From assembly GCA_020831465.1 (NCBI GenBank), contig JAFIGI010000017.1, forward strand, positions 949 to 64,948: DNA of 64,000 nucleotides, given 5' to 3'. The stretch is from Chlamydiales bacterium. GTDB lineage: Bacteria > Chlamydiota > Chlamydiia > Chlamydiales > JAAKFR01. The position numbers and the translations under genes were made by a program. Of this stretch, positions 17,666 to 27,646 are shown piece after piece (positions within the stretch are counted from its first letter, which is position 1; the number at the start of each line of letters is the position of its first letter). The notes beneath the pieces are model-generated. The model searched no databases and was not told the DNA's origin. It saw only the letters and a program-made list of their open reading frames with translations.

Positions 17666-18865
17666 TCATACCCTTTTCTCTCGTTCTTTCTCCTCCTTTT
17701 TTAAAAGGCGTTTCCAATGTTCGTAGATTTTGAAAAGGTCGGGGTGAACCAGGGCGCGGAGTTTTAAAAAAATGAGGGCGTAGATAAAACCTTTTTGCTT
17801 CACGATTCTTGAGCGCGCCCGTTTCTTCTTATCTAGAGGTGTTAGGCGGTATTGCATGTGAAGAATAAAGTGGCAACGAAGGCGGATCTTGCGAGGAAAA
17901 TGGGAGTAGGGCTCGAATAGGAGTTTTTGAATCAGGTCATAGGAGAGGCCCATCACTTCTCCTATATTAGGGATTTTTTCACGTCTTCCGATCTCTTGCT
18001 CCAAAATAGGGTAGATAAGAGCCGCAGTTAAAACCGCTCGGTCCAAGGCTTGGTATCTCCCTTGCGTATTCATTGAGTCGGCTGCCTTTAGATAAGAGTA
18101 GAGCAGCTCGCCGATTGGCTGATGGAAGTAAACGTTTAGGGGAGGAAAAAGGATTTCCAAGAACTTCGACTCAACGAGAAGGCGGAAAAAGGGTTCTGAA
18201 GCACCTGATTCGAGCATGCGAAAAATCTCTTCCAATACACGGGCCGGCGAGCTTTTTATGATCTCTTTCCGGCATCGCTTCAAAGCTTCGAGGGCTCTGG
18301 GGTCGACGTGAAAACCGAAGCGGGCGCGGAACTTCTGCATCCGGATCATGCGGACGGGATCCTGTTTGAACCGCAGCTCTGGGTCTCCTATGGCCCTAAG
18401 GCAATGTTCCTTTAGGTCTTCAAACCCCCCTACATAGTCGATGATCTTGTGGTCTAAGGGGTCGTAAAACAAACCGTTGATCGTGAAGTCACGGCGTAGG
18501 ACATCTTCTTCAGGGGTTCCCCAGATGTTATCCTGTATGATCAGCTCTTCGTCTGTCGGATCACCGGCCCGGAAAGTGGAGACTTCGATTATATGACGGC
18601 CAAAACGGATATGGGCAAGGCGAAAACGACGGCCGATCAAGAGGCAGTTTCGTTGAAAGAGGGCTTTGATCTCCTCGGGCTTTGCGGAGGTAGAGATATC
18701 GAAATCTTTCGGTTTTTTGCGCATGAGAAGGTCGCGCACGCCCCCACCCACAAGATAGGCAGTAAAACCTGCCTCATGGAGTTTTTTGAGGACAAGCAGG
18801 GCATTCGGATCGATCAGGTCGTTTCGAATATGGTGCTCTTTGGAGGTATAGATTTTTTCTTTCAC
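17666..18865 (-). CDS. pcnB: Poly(A) polymerase / CCA-adding enzyme family nucleotidyltransferase
   Basis: 399 aa. GGGVRDLL...KDFDIST motif, then the RRDFTING signature of class II tRNA nucleotidyltransferases. Confidence 0.85.
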   Translation of the reverse strand: MKEKIYTSKEHHIRNDLIDPNALLVLKKLHEAGFTAYLVGGGVRDLLMRKKPKDFDISTSAKPEEIKALFQRNCLLIGRRFRLAHIRFGRHIIEVSTFRAGDPTDEELIIQDNIWGTPEEDVLRRDFTINGLFYDPLDHKIIDYVGGFEDLKEHCLRAIGDPELRFKQDPVRMIRMQKFRARFGFHVDPRALEALKRCRKEIIKSSPARVLEEIFRMLESGASEPFFRLLVESKFLEILFPPLNVYFHQPIGELLYSYLKAADSMNTQGRYQALDRAVLTAALIYPILEQEIGRREKIPNIGEVMGLSYDLIQKLLFEPYSHFPRKIRLRCHFILHMQYRLTPLDKKKRARSRIVKQKGFIYALIFLKLRALVHPDLFKIYEHWKRLLKKEEKEREKRV

Positions 18866-18901
18866 GGGTAAATAAAATGTACAATGTTGAGATAGATGGT
18901 A

Positions 18902-20242
18902 TCAGATCACGATTTTATTGTAGATGTGAGGGAGAGTCTTTTCAGCGAAAAACTTTCGGCGAAGAGCGTTGTATTGGACTTCATCGTATAATTTTGAGAA
19001 AAAGTCACGTTCATAATAGGTATAACTATACAACATTTTTCTTCCTCCATAAAGAGTGATTTCCTTTTCAAGTTTTGCAGAAAGCTCAGGAACGGGAAGG
19101 GGGGACTTTGGAGTGCCGTAGAGTCCAATGTTTAAGAATCGCTCCCCTCCGTAGTGGGGTGAGAGGAATTGGGAACTCTTTGTCCCCTTAACGGGGCAGA
19201 GCCAAATCGGAAAAATTCCAGTTTCCTCAACAAAGCGGGTAAAGATCTCCTCGGCTCTGGTTGACGGAGCATAAAAATCATGGACGAAAAAGAGACGTTC
19301 GGAAACCTCATTAGGGACGTGATGCCAAATACGGTAGAGCCGTCTACTGCTCAGCGCCCAACCAAAGAGAAGGCGAAAAAGCAAGTTAGGATTAAGGGTA
19401 TCCTTAACCAGCCGGGGGATTCCGATGTGCAGGAGGAGGCGGAGCATAGCACGAATAGATAAGATGTATTGCCCCATCCAAAACGCCCCCTTATCAAAAC
19501 GGAAGCAGTACTCTTCGATCGTCATGTAAAAATTTGAATGGCGATTTTCCGAAAGATGCTGAATATACCAAGGAGACCAGTAGTTTTTCTGCCGATATAA
19601 GGCCGAGCCCACCTTAGATGTCATCTTTCCCGTTAAAGCAACTCCAAAATCATGGTTCAAAGCGATCCCCTCGACAAAATCGTCGGAATGGGTCGCGTTT
19701 AAAAAAGCGATGAGCTCCTTATTGGGCAACTTTCGGCAGGTGATCTGGACATATTTTTCGGCTTTAATCAAACGTAGTTTAATCTTGGTAAGAATAGCCA
19801 GAGTGCCGTAACTTCCGGAAAGAGCGTAATAAAGATCGCTGTTTTCATCAGGGGAGGCCCGCACGAGTTCTCCATTGCCCAGAATCACTTCATATTCTAG
19901 GCAGGTGTCGCTAACCTGACCGAAACGGTGGGAGCTGCTCTCGAGTGCGGCGCCCATGACCGCTCCGCCGACGGTGATGGTAGTAAACTCGGGAACGACA
20001 GGCGGGATGAGCCCTTGTTTTAGTGTTTCTGTGCACAGCTGTTGAAAGGTGACCCGCGGCTCAACAACTACCCATTTCCGGTCAATCTCCAAAATTTTGT
20101 CGAGCCCCGAAAGGTCGATTCCTCCTCTTTTAGGCCGACTCCTTAATGCATTTGAAACGGCTTTTGAAGAGAAAGTCAGTTCACCTGACCGAGAGCGAAC
20201 CTCTTTTTGAATCTCCTCAACCTTTGCTCGATGTGCCTGCAT
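18902..20242 (-). CDS. FAD-linked oxidoreductase of the DHCR24/DWF1 (Delta24-sterol reductase) family, lacking the N-terminal TM segment
   Basis: 446 aa. Full-length colinear resemblance to human DHCR24 as I recall it. Examples are VVVEPRVTFQQL vs VRVEPLVTMGQV and ESSSHRFG vs ESSSHKYG. Also ENSDLYYA vs ENSDLFYA, FPIWLCP vs YPIWLCP, and the MLYSYTYYERDFF tail. Confidence 0.8.
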   Translation of the reverse strand: MQAHRAKVEEIQKEVRSRSGELTFSSKAVSNALRSRPKRGGIDLSGLDKILEIDRKWVVVEPRVTFQQLCTETLKQGLIPPVVPEFTTITVGGAVMGAALESSSHRFGQVSDTCLEYEVILGNGELVRASPDENSDLYYALSGSYGTLAILTKIKLRLIKAEKYVQITCRKLPNKELIAFLNATHSDDFVEGIALNHDFGVALTGKMTSKVGSALYRQKNYWSPWYIQHLSENRHSNFYMTIEEYCFRFDKGAFWMGQYILSIRAMLRLLLHIGIPRLVKDTLNPNLLFRLLFGWALSSRRLYRIWHHVPNEVSERLFFVHDFYAPSTRAEEIFTRFVEETGIFPIWLCPVKGTKSSQFLSPHYGGERFLNIGLYGTPKSPLPVPELSAKLEKEITLYGGRKMLYSYTYYERDFFSKLYDEVQYNALRRKFFAEKTLPHIYNKIVI

Positions 20243-20294
20243 GACAGAAATTCTCTTCTCCTGTATCTTTCTCTATAAAGTTACACAGGAATGA

Positions 20295-21668
20295 ATGAGC
20301 AAGCAACCAGCTTTTAAACTTTTTGGAACTGATGGAGTTCGGGGGAGAGCCAACCATTTTCCGATGACTGTTGAGGTCGCGCTGATGCTTGGAAAAGCCG
20401 TTGCGGTGGTTTTGCGTCGTCATAACGGAAAGCACCGCGTGGTGATTGGAAAGGATACACGCCTCTCCTGTTACATGTTTGAAAACGCCCTCGTCGCAGG
20501 CTTAAATTCGATGGGAGTTGATACCTTGATGCTAGGCCCACTCCCGACGCCTGCTGTCGCGTTCATTACCCGCGCCTATCGAGCCGATGCCGGAATCGTG
20601 ATCTCGGCTTCGCATAACCCTTATTACGACAACGGGATCAAAATCTTCACTTCGGAGGGGGTCAAGCTACCCGACACGGTCGAGCATGAAATGGAAAAGA
20701 TGATTGCATCTGGGGATTTTGAACAAGTTCCGTTCGATCACGAATTGGGGCGCAACAAGCGGATCGAAGATGCTGCGGGTCGTTACATAGAATTCGTCAA
20801 GGCGACTTTTCCTAAGGGTAAGACGCTGAAAGGAATGAAAATATATTTAGATTGCGCTAACGGCGCCGCCCATCGGGTGGCTCCTCTGGTCTTTTGGGAA
20901 CTTGATGCCGATGTGATTGTGACCGGGAATGATCCAAACGGGATCAACATCAACGACCATTGTGGGTCGCTGAATCCTTCTGTCATTCAAAAAGGGGTGA
21001 TCGAACATAAAGCAGATGTCGGAATTGCTTTGGACGGCGACGGCGACAGGATCATCATGATTGATGAGAAGGGGCATATCATCGACGGCGACACGATTCT
21101 TGCAATTTGCGCTCATGAACTGAAGCGGCGAGATCTACTGAAAAACGATAGGGTAGTTGCGACCGTAATGAGCAATTACGGTGTGATCAAGTATTTGGAA
21201 TCGCTAGGCATCGAGGTGATTTTATCAAAAGTCGGCGACCGGTACGTCATTCAAGATATGATGACTCACAAAGCCTATTTAGGCGGCGAACAGAGCGGCC
21301 ACATGATCTTTCTCGACCACAACACGACGGGCGATGGAATTGTCTCCGCACTGCAGGTCTTGAAAATCATGATCGAAAGCGAGTCAACCCTATCTGATTT
21401 AGCTTCATGCGTTAAAAAATTCCCTCAGACCCTAATCAATATTGAAGTCGCGAAAAAAATCCCTCTGAAAAAACTGACTACTGTCCAAAAAGTGATCCAG
21501 GAGGTTGAGGCTGAACTTAGCGACCAGGGAAGAGTATTGGTGCGTTACTCCGGAACGGAAAACTTGTGTCGCGTGATGGTAGAAGGACCAAAAAAACATC
21601 AAGTCGACCTTTTAGCCCATAAAATTGCTAAGGAAGTTGAAAGTCAAATCGGTGTGAAGAAAAAATAG
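20295..21668 (+). CDS. glmM: Phosphoglucosamine mutase
   Basis: 457 aa. LFGTDGVRG start region and phosphoserine loop SASHNPYYDNGIK. Confidence 0.95.
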   Translation: MSKQPAFKLFGTDGVRGRANHFPMTVEVALMLGKAVAVVLRRHNGKHRVVIGKDTRLSCYMFENALVAGLNSMGVDTLMLGPLPTPAVAFITRAYRADAGIVISASHNPYYDNGIKIFTSEGVKLPDTVEHEMEKMIASGDFEQVPFDHELGRNKRIEDAAGRYIEFVKATFPKGKTLKGMKIYLDCANGAAHRVAPLVFWELDADVIVTGNDPNGININDHCGSLNPSVIQKGVIEHKADVGIALDGDGDRIIMIDEKGHIIDGDTILAICAHELKRRDLLKNDRVVATVMSNYGVIKYLESLGIEVILSKVGDRYVIQDMMTHKAYLGGEQSGHMIFLDHNTTGDGIVSALQVLKIMIESESTLSDLASCVKKFPQTLINIEVAKKIPLKKLTTVQKVIQEVEAELSDQGRVLVRYSGTENLCRVMVEGPKKHQVDLLAHKIAKEVESQIGVKKK

Positions 21669-23494
21669 TGTGTGGAATTTTTGGATATATCGGGCCACGT
21701 GAGGCCATTCCTCTTGTATTGGAGGGGATTCATAAGCTCGAATACCGGGGATACGATTCAGCCGGGATTGCGACGATCAGTGACGGGATCCTCTTATTTG
21801 AGAAAGAGGTTGGAAAAATTGCCAACCTCGAAGAGGTCGTTACAGCTAGAAAATGGCAGAGCCATATCGCCATCGCCCACACGCGCTGGGCGACTCATGG
21901 CAAGCCAACACAAGAAAATGCTCATCCGCATTTCGACGCCTCAGTGAGATGCGCAGTCGTCCACAACGGCATTATCGAAAATCACGATGTCATCCGTCGT
22001 CTGCTCGAAAAGAGAGGGGTTGTTTTCCGATCAGAGACTGATACCGAAGTGATTTCCCAGTTGATCGGCTTCCTGAATAAAGGAAATTTTTTGCGTGCGG
22101 TGCAGCGCGCACTTCCGCTCCTAAAGGGCGCTTTTGCCATTGCTGCGATCCACCAGGACCATCCAGGAGAGATTGTCTGTGCCGCCAAAGAGAGCCCTCT
22201 TGCAATCGGCGTCGGACAGGGAGAAATGTTTGTTGCGTCGGACTCTGCGGCTTTTTTGAAATACACGCGCAAGGCAATTTATCTCCGTGCTTCCGAGGTT
22301 GCGCTTGTGACAGAAAACGGTGTCGAGGCTTTTGATTCCCATCTTGAGCCGATCGCAAAGACAAGCGAAGATTTAAGTCAAGATATGGAGGAAGTCTCGA
22401 AGGGGAATTATCAACATTTCATGCTCAAGGAGATTTACGAACAACCTCAAACCTTGCAAAATGCCCTTCTTGCGCGGTTTAGCCGCGACTATGGAACCGC
22501 AACTCTAGACAACCTTAATTTTGCCGATGAGGAGCTCCAAAAAATAGAGAGGATCGTCATCCTCGCCTGCGGAACTTCCCTCCACGCGGGCATGATCGCC
22601 GCCTACATGCTCGAAGAGAGAGCGCGCATCCCGGTCGAGGTTGAGATTTCCTCTGAGTTTCGCTATAAAAACCCGATCGTCAAAGATAACACACTTGCCA
22701 TCGCCATTAGCCAGTCGGGCGAGACGGCCGATACGTTGGCTGCGATGCGTGAATTGCGGGAGAAGGGGGCGAAGATTTTAGGGATTTGCAATGTCCAAGG
22801 CTCAACACTTGCCCGCGAGGTCGATAGCTGCCTCTTCTTGCGCGCCGGCCCGGAAATCGGAGTAGCCGCCTCCAAAACTTTGACCAGCCAATTAGTGATC
22901 CTCTCTTTGCTTGCGTTGCGTTTTGGTCGGATGCGGGAAATGAGCCAGCAAGAGGGGATTCGCTTTATCGATGCCTTGATCAAGCTTCCCGAGCAGGTGA
23001 GACAAGTGTTGGAGGGCGGCGGTCAGATTGCCGAGCTCGCGAAAAGGTATGCCGAATATGACAACTTTTTCTATCTCGGCCGCCGCTACATGTATCCGAC
23101 AGCGCTTGAAGGAGCCCTAAAACTTAAGGAAATTGCCTATGTCAATGCGAATGGCTATCCGGCCGGAGAAATGAAGCACGGGCCGATTGCGTTAATCAAC
23201 GAGATGTGCCCTACCGTCGCCTTTTGCGCTGACATCTATACCTATCCGAAAATGCTAAGCAATTTGATGGAAATCAAAGCGCGCAACGGAAAGGTATTGG
23301 CGATTGCTCCCGGAGGGTCCCTTGAAATCGAGTCGATCGCCGATGACGTGATCTGGGTCCCCCCGACACTTGATGAGCTTGCTCCCATTGCCTCGACAGT
23401 GGTTGGGCAGCTCTTTGCCTACCACGTCGCAAGCGAACGGGGTGCCGAAATTGATCAGCCCCGAAACCTCGCTAAGTCGGTAACGGTTGAGTAA
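21668..23494 (+). CDS. glmS: Glutamine--fructose-6-phosphate aminotransferase
   Basis: 608 aa. Ntn-type MCGIFGYIG start (GTG start sharing 1 nt with the glmM stop). SIS domains. C-terminal KSVTVE. Confidence 0.95.
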   Translation: MCGIFGYIGPREAIPLVLEGIHKLEYRGYDSAGIATISDGILLFEKEVGKIANLEEVVTARKWQSHIAIAHTRWATHGKPTQENAHPHFDASVRCAVVHNGIIENHDVIRRLLEKRGVVFRSETDTEVISQLIGFLNKGNFLRAVQRALPLLKGAFAIAAIHQDHPGEIVCAAKESPLAIGVGQGEMFVASDSAAFLKYTRKAIYLRASEVALVTENGVEAFDSHLEPIAKTSEDLSQDMEEVSKGNYQHFMLKEIYEQPQTLQNALLARFSRDYGTATLDNLNFADEELQKIERIVILACGTSLHAGMIAAYMLEERARIPVEVEISSEFRYKNPIVKDNTLAIAISQSGETADTLAAMRELREKGAKILGICNVQGSTLAREVDSCLFLRAGPEIGVAASKTLTSQLVILSLLALRFGRMREMSQQEGIRFIDALIKLPEQVRQVLEGGGQIAELAKRYAEYDNFFYLGRRYMYPTALEGALKLKEIAYVNANGYPAGEMKHGPIALINEMCPTVAFCADIYTYPKMLSNLMEIKARNGKVLAIAPGGSLEIESIADDVIWVPPTLDELAPIASTVVGQLFAYHVASERGAEIDQPRNLAKSVTVE

Positions 23495-23620
23495 GTGATG
23501 GACTCACCTTACCGAAACATCAAAGAGTATAGATTGACTTCCCTTTTAGCGAGTCACCCACCCCTCCCTAGATCATGCAAGGCTATCCTATCCACCCCCC
23601 CTGTGTTGCTAAGGTGAGTT

Positions 23621-24814
23621 ATGGAAACATCTAAAGGCGGACATCTTTTTGGAGGAACTCTATTAGTTGCCGGAACCTCTATCGGGGGGGGGATGTTAGC
23701 TCTTCCGGTACTCACTGCCCCCGGAGGTTTTATTCCTGCCATCGTCATCTATATGATCTGTTGGCTCTTCATGACATCGACCGGCCTTCTCTATATGGAA
23801 GTCTTTCTTTGGGGCAAAAAGGAGGTCAACATTGTTTCAATGGCCGAGATGACGCTTGGCTTTCCCGGAAAAATTTTCGCTTGGCTTCTTTACCTCTTCC
23901 TTTTCTACTCTTTGACCGTTGCCTATGTTTCCGGTGGAGGAGGCCTTGTTGAGGATCTATTCGATTCGATTGGTGAAACTGATTATCCCTTCTGGATTGG
24001 CCCCTTGATTTTTGTCCTGATATTCGCCCCTTTCGTCGCAATCGGAGCAAAAGCGGTCGATAAAATCAACACAGTCTTGATGGGGGGATTGATCATCTCC
24101 TTCCTCGTTTTTGTTCTCCTTGGAGTCAGTCACATCGAGATCGATCTATTGAAACGGTTCAATTTGCCCTTGGCTTTGCTTGCTACACCTGTGGTATTCA
24201 CCGCTTTTGGCTTCCAGGGGATTGTTCCCACTCTTACCAATTATCTTGGCCGTGATCCCGCTCGCGCAAAAAAGGCGATCATATTCGGGAGCCTCATACC
24301 TCTTGTCGTCTATATCATGTGGGAGGGGCTGATTTTGGGAGTGATCCCTATTAAAGGTCTCGAACAGGCGATGGCAATCGGACAGTCAGCCGTCTATCCA
24401 CTAAAAGAGATCATCGAATTTCCCCATCTCTACCTGGTTGGAGAATTTTTCGCCTTTTTTGCTATTGTTACTTCATTTTTAGGCGTCACACTTAGTTTAC
24501 TCGACTTTTTAGCTGATGGGCTGAAAGTGGAAAAAACGGCTCAGACACGCATGATGCTTTCTCTCTTAATTTACGGTCCGCCACTTGCTTTTGCGATGAT
24601 CAACCCTTACATTTTTTTAAGCGCGTTGCAATACGCGGGTGGACTTGGAGCTGCCCTTCTTTTAGGACTGCTACCGATTTTAATGGTTTGGCGCGGCCGT
24701 TACAAATTAAAATATAAAAGTGCCTATTCTCTTTTCGGCGGTCGGTTTGTCCTATCTCTTTTAATTTTATTTATCCTATTCGAACTCATCCTGATCTTAA
24801 AATTAACGTTGTAA
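23621..24814 (+). CDS. tyrP: Aromatic amino acid (tyrosine/tryptophan) permease, HAAAP family
   Basis: 397 aa, polytopic. N-terminal GGTLLVAGTSIGGGMLALP motif typical of TyrP/Mtr/TnaB. Confidence 0.85.
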   Translation: METSKGGHLFGGTLLVAGTSIGGGMLALPVLTAPGGFIPAIVIYMICWLFMTSTGLLYMEVFLWGKKEVNIVSMAEMTLGFPGKIFAWLLYLFLFYSLTVAYVSGGGGLVEDLFDSIGETDYPFWIGPLIFVLIFAPFVAIGAKAVDKINTVLMGGLIISFLVFVLLGVSHIEIDLLKRFNLPLALLATPVVFTAFGFQGIVPTLTNYLGRDPARAKKAIIFGSLIPLVVYIMWEGLILGVIPIKGLEQAMAIGQSAVYPLKEIIEFPHLYLVGEFFAFFAIVTSFLGVTLSLLDFLADGLKVEKTAQTRMMLSLLIYGPPLAFAMINPYIFLSALQYAGGLGAALLLGLLPILMVWRGRYKLKYKSAYSLFGGRFVLSLLILFILFELILILKLTL

Positions 24815-24877
24815 CCTCGGAGTTGGTAAAAATCGGGTAAAGCAGTATACTAGCGGCTAAGAAAAAAGGAGCTTCAT

Positions 24878-25579
24878 ATGCACAGAGGATATGTTCAAGA
24901 TGCGCGCGCTGTTGGGACCTTTTCCACACGTGTCTACGGATGGATGGCCATTGGACTCGGAGTCACAGCTTCGGTCGCCTATTTCCTGTACCGCACCGGA
25001 CTCTTTATCAAACTGATGCCCTTTTGGTGGGTGTGGGCTTTCGCAACCTTTGGAATCGCTATGGGGATTAACGCCGGTTTAAACCGCCTTTCGATAGGCG
25101 GAGTGATCGGAATGTTTTTAGCCTATGCCGGGCTCGAAGGTATTTTATTCGGAACAATTCTTCCTCCTTTTGCCGCCGCTTTTGGAGGCCAGGTAATCTG
25201 GTCGGCCTTTTTAACCGCGTCCGCGGTCTTTGGTATGGCTATGTGCTATGGCATTTTTACAAAAAATGATTTAACTAGCTTGGGCCGGATCCTCTCTTTT
25301 GGCTTGATCGGACTGATTGCGGTTACATTTCTCTATATGATCCTTTCATTTTTTATTCCGATGCAATTCGCCCATTTGTTAATCAGTTACTTGGGTTTGG
25401 TAATTTTTATCGGCTTAACTGCTTATGATGCGCAAACGATCCGCCAATTCAGCATGCAGGTTGATGTCAACTCGGTTGCTTCGTACAAGCTGTCGATGAT
25501 TATGGCGCTCAAGATGTATATCAATGTCATCATGATCTTCTGGTATCTTCTCCAGATCTTCTCCTCCGGAAGGCGTTGA
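24878..25579 (+). CDS. yccA: Bax-inhibitor-1/YccA family membrane protein
   Basis: 233 aa with 7 hydrophobic segments. The C-terminal AYDAQ...MALKMYINVIMIF pattern is typical of BI-1/YccA. Confidence 0.85.
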   Translation: MHRGYVQDARAVGTFSTRVYGWMAIGLGVTASVAYFLYRTGLFIKLMPFWWVWAFATFGIAMGINAGLNRLSIGGVIGMFLAYAGLEGILFGTILPPFAAAFGGQVIWSAFLTASAVFGMAMCYGIFTKNDLTSLGRILSFGLIGLIAVTFLYMILSFFIPMQFAHLLISYLGLVIFIGLTAYDAQTIRQFSMQVDVNSVASYKLSMIMALKMYINVIMIFWYLLQIFSSGRR

Positions 25580-26448
25580 TGACGCCCGTATGCGGCAATT
25601 TTTTATCAGATTCATTAAGTTGGATTTCAAGCCCAAAAGAGGAGACGCTTCTCCTCCGTATCAAAGAGCGAGAAGCTCAACTCGATAGGTTTCAAGCACT
25701 CGATAGAACCAGCGATAGCTCAGGATTCGCCGATTCTAAAACCTTAGAGATCGGAAATCCTGAGCTTTCTTGCGATGCTTTTCCAGCTACAGGTTTTCCG
25801 AGCAAAGAGAATCGTGTTTTTCTGAGCGATCAAACCCCGACAAATGGAGCGCTAATTTGGAAAAAACTTATTCTAATCGGAGGGCCCAAATCTCTCAGTC
25901 AGATCGAATACTTATGGCGAATCGCTGCTGAAAAAAATGCAGCGGCAATTGTCCGGCTTGGCCCTTTGGAAGGATATCTGAATTACTGTCCGTCAAATGG
26001 ATCCTTTCAATATCAAAATCTTACTGTAAACCGCTCAGAAGACAACCCCCGAAATCTTTTTTACTCAACAACTTGTAAAAAATTTCTTTTGAAAAGCAGA
26101 AGCGAGATGAGCTTCATCCCCGTTTATGCTGTGGAAGGATGGAAGGATTTCGAAACGAATCAATGCGAAGAAGTTCATAACCTAATCTTGGAGCTAGACG
26201 ATTTAGGGGAAGGCCCCTTGATTATCCATTGCCGAGGTGGTTTTGGGCGAACAGGAACGTTTTCCTGCTGCTGGAAGATCTATCAAGAATTCAAGGTGGC
26301 CCAAAGAAACGGAACAGAGGTTGAAATCGACCCCGCCTCAATCGTTGATGAATTGCGTGACGCAAGAACCGCTACGGTACAAACCGATGGGCAGTTCAAC
26401 ATGATCTTAGCCTATATCGACTACTTGAACGCTCTTAACGAGAAATAG
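25579..26448 (+). CDS. Classical protein-tyrosine phosphatase (Cys-based)
   Basis: P-loop IIHCRGGFGRTGT (HCx5R[ST]), WPD-like loop EGWKDF, and Q-loop VQTDGQF. The ATG at 25579 shares one nucleotide with the yccA TGA. Confidence 0.8.
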   Translation: MTPVCGNFLSDSLSWISSPKEETLLLRIKEREAQLDRFQALDRTSDSSGFADSKTLEIGNPELSCDAFPATGFPSKENRVFLSDQTPTNGALIWKKLILIGGPKSLSQIEYLWRIAAEKNAAAIVRLGPLEGYLNYCPSNGSFQYQNLTVNRSEDNPRNLFYSTTCKKFLLKSRSEMSFIPVYAVEGWKDFETNQCEEVHNLILELDDLGEGPLIIHCRGGFGRTGTFSCCWKIYQEFKVAQRNGTEVEIDPASIVDELRDARTATVQTDGQFNMILAYIDYLNALNEK

Positions 26449-27583
26449 GCTTTTGACTCAAAATACCCTTTGAGAGACGCTTCCAGTTCTTCCAATCCTC
26501 TTTGAAGCTTGCATGAAGTTTTTCAAGCTCATCTCTGATTTTAAGAACGATCGCCTTTTGATTAATTGTGTGAAGCTCTTTGTATAGCTTGCTGAAACGC
26601 ACGATTTTCTCGATCATCTTGCTTGCCGTTGATTCAACCATATCGGTCAGCTGCTCCTGTTTCGAATAAGGGAGCTTCTCGATTTTCTCCAAAAGAAGGG
26701 CCTTGCGCTCAAGAACCATCCTCTTTTTGATCGTAAGCTGATCGACCCTGCGTAAATCCTTGACTAAACCTAGTTTTGACAAGGTCCAAATCATCCACTT
26801 TGTAGGATCAAAGTGATACCAGCGCACGCCGTTTCTATAGTCCTTGGCGAAGACATGGTGATAGTTATGGTATCCCTCGCCAAAGGTCAGAAAAGAGAGA
26901 ATGAGGTTATTGACCGCCGTCTGCTCTTGACAGAAAGGTTTATCTCCCCAGGTGTGGGCAAGAGAGTTGATGAACCAAGTGAGGTGGTGGAGGACGAAAA
27001 TGCGCAGAGCAACGGCAATAAAGAACGCGCCGAGATAATCGTTTAAAAGCCACCCTACAAAGGCCCAAGCTAGGACGTTCGTCCCGAACATGAGAGGGAT
27101 AATAAAGCGGTGCTGGAACATAACTCGAGGGTTTTGCTTTAGATCGCTGACGAGTTTGGGATCGATCGGATCGGCCTTTTCCAGCATCCAAAGAAAATGG
27201 GCGTACCAAAACCCCTTCTTGATTGAATAGGGGTCTCGATCGGTATCAACATGGGCATGATGGAGGCGATGATCGTAAGCCCACCTTAGAGCACTGCTTT
27301 GCATAGCCATTGCCCCGAAAAAGAGTAGAAACGACTCAATCGCCGGATGGGCCTTATACGTCCGATGGGAAAAATAGCGATGATAGCCGCCCGTAACACT
27401 CATCCCGGTTATGTAAAGAAGAGCAACAGCGATTGCCACCAATGGCAGGCTTGGTGTGGCATAATAGAAGTAAAAGGGAAGGGAGAGAAGAAGGAGGAAT
27501 TGGTAAGAGATTAAAAAACCCGTTGCCCCCCAATCTAAAGCCTTTTTCATAAATACCTCACTTTTGAGTGCCGAGTATATCAA
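26435..27583 (-). CDS. Membrane acyl-CoA/acyl-lipid Delta9-type fatty acid desaturase
   Basis: Three His boxes: HRYFSH, HRLHH and HNYHH. N-terminal TM pairs. About 80 aa of extra charged C-terminal tail. The start may be the Met at 27550. Confidence 0.85.
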   Translation of the reverse strand: MIYSALKSEVFMKKALDWGATGFLISYQFLLLLSLPFYFYYATPSLPLVAIAVALLYITGMSVTGGYHRYFSHRTYKAHPAIESFLLFFGAMAMQSSALRWAYDHRLHHAHVDTDRDPYSIKKGFWYAHFLWMLEKADPIDPKLVSDLKQNPRVMFQHRFIIPLMFGTNVLAWAFVGWLLNDYLGAFFIAVALRIFVLHHLTWFINSLAHTWGDKPFCQEQTAVNNLILSFLTFGEGYHNYHHVFAKDYRNGVRWYHFDPTKWMIWTLSKLGLVKDLRRVDQLTIKKRMVLERKALLLEKIEKLPYSKQEQLTDMVESTASKMIEKIVRFSKLYKELHTINQKAIVLKIRDELEKLHASFKEDWKNWKRLSKGILSQKPISR

Positions 27584-27646
27584 AGTATGATGATTTTAAA
27601 TACCTATAAATGCTCTGACAGAAAAAAAGAATGTAATTGATTAATT

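Noticed and set aside
23585-23600. DnaA-box-like CTATCCACC.
   Set aside because: It is a single imperfect copy with no cluster, and no dnaA or AT-rich unwinding element nearby.
23495-23620. Possible riboswitch or leader upstream of tyrP, and a glmS ribozyme upstream of glmS.
   Set aside because: I could not identify a conserved riboswitch core by eye. glmS overlaps glmM by one nucleotide, leaving no room for a ribozyme.
23681-23692. G9 homopolymer inside tyrP. Also the adjacent T8/G8 runs in the acyltransferase gene (about 4294..4310), considered as phase-variation switches.
   Set aside because: The runs are explained by GGG-GGG-GGG (conserved GGG in SIGGGML) and PPEKK codons. Both genes are intact and likely essential. 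There is no evidence of slippage from a single sequence.
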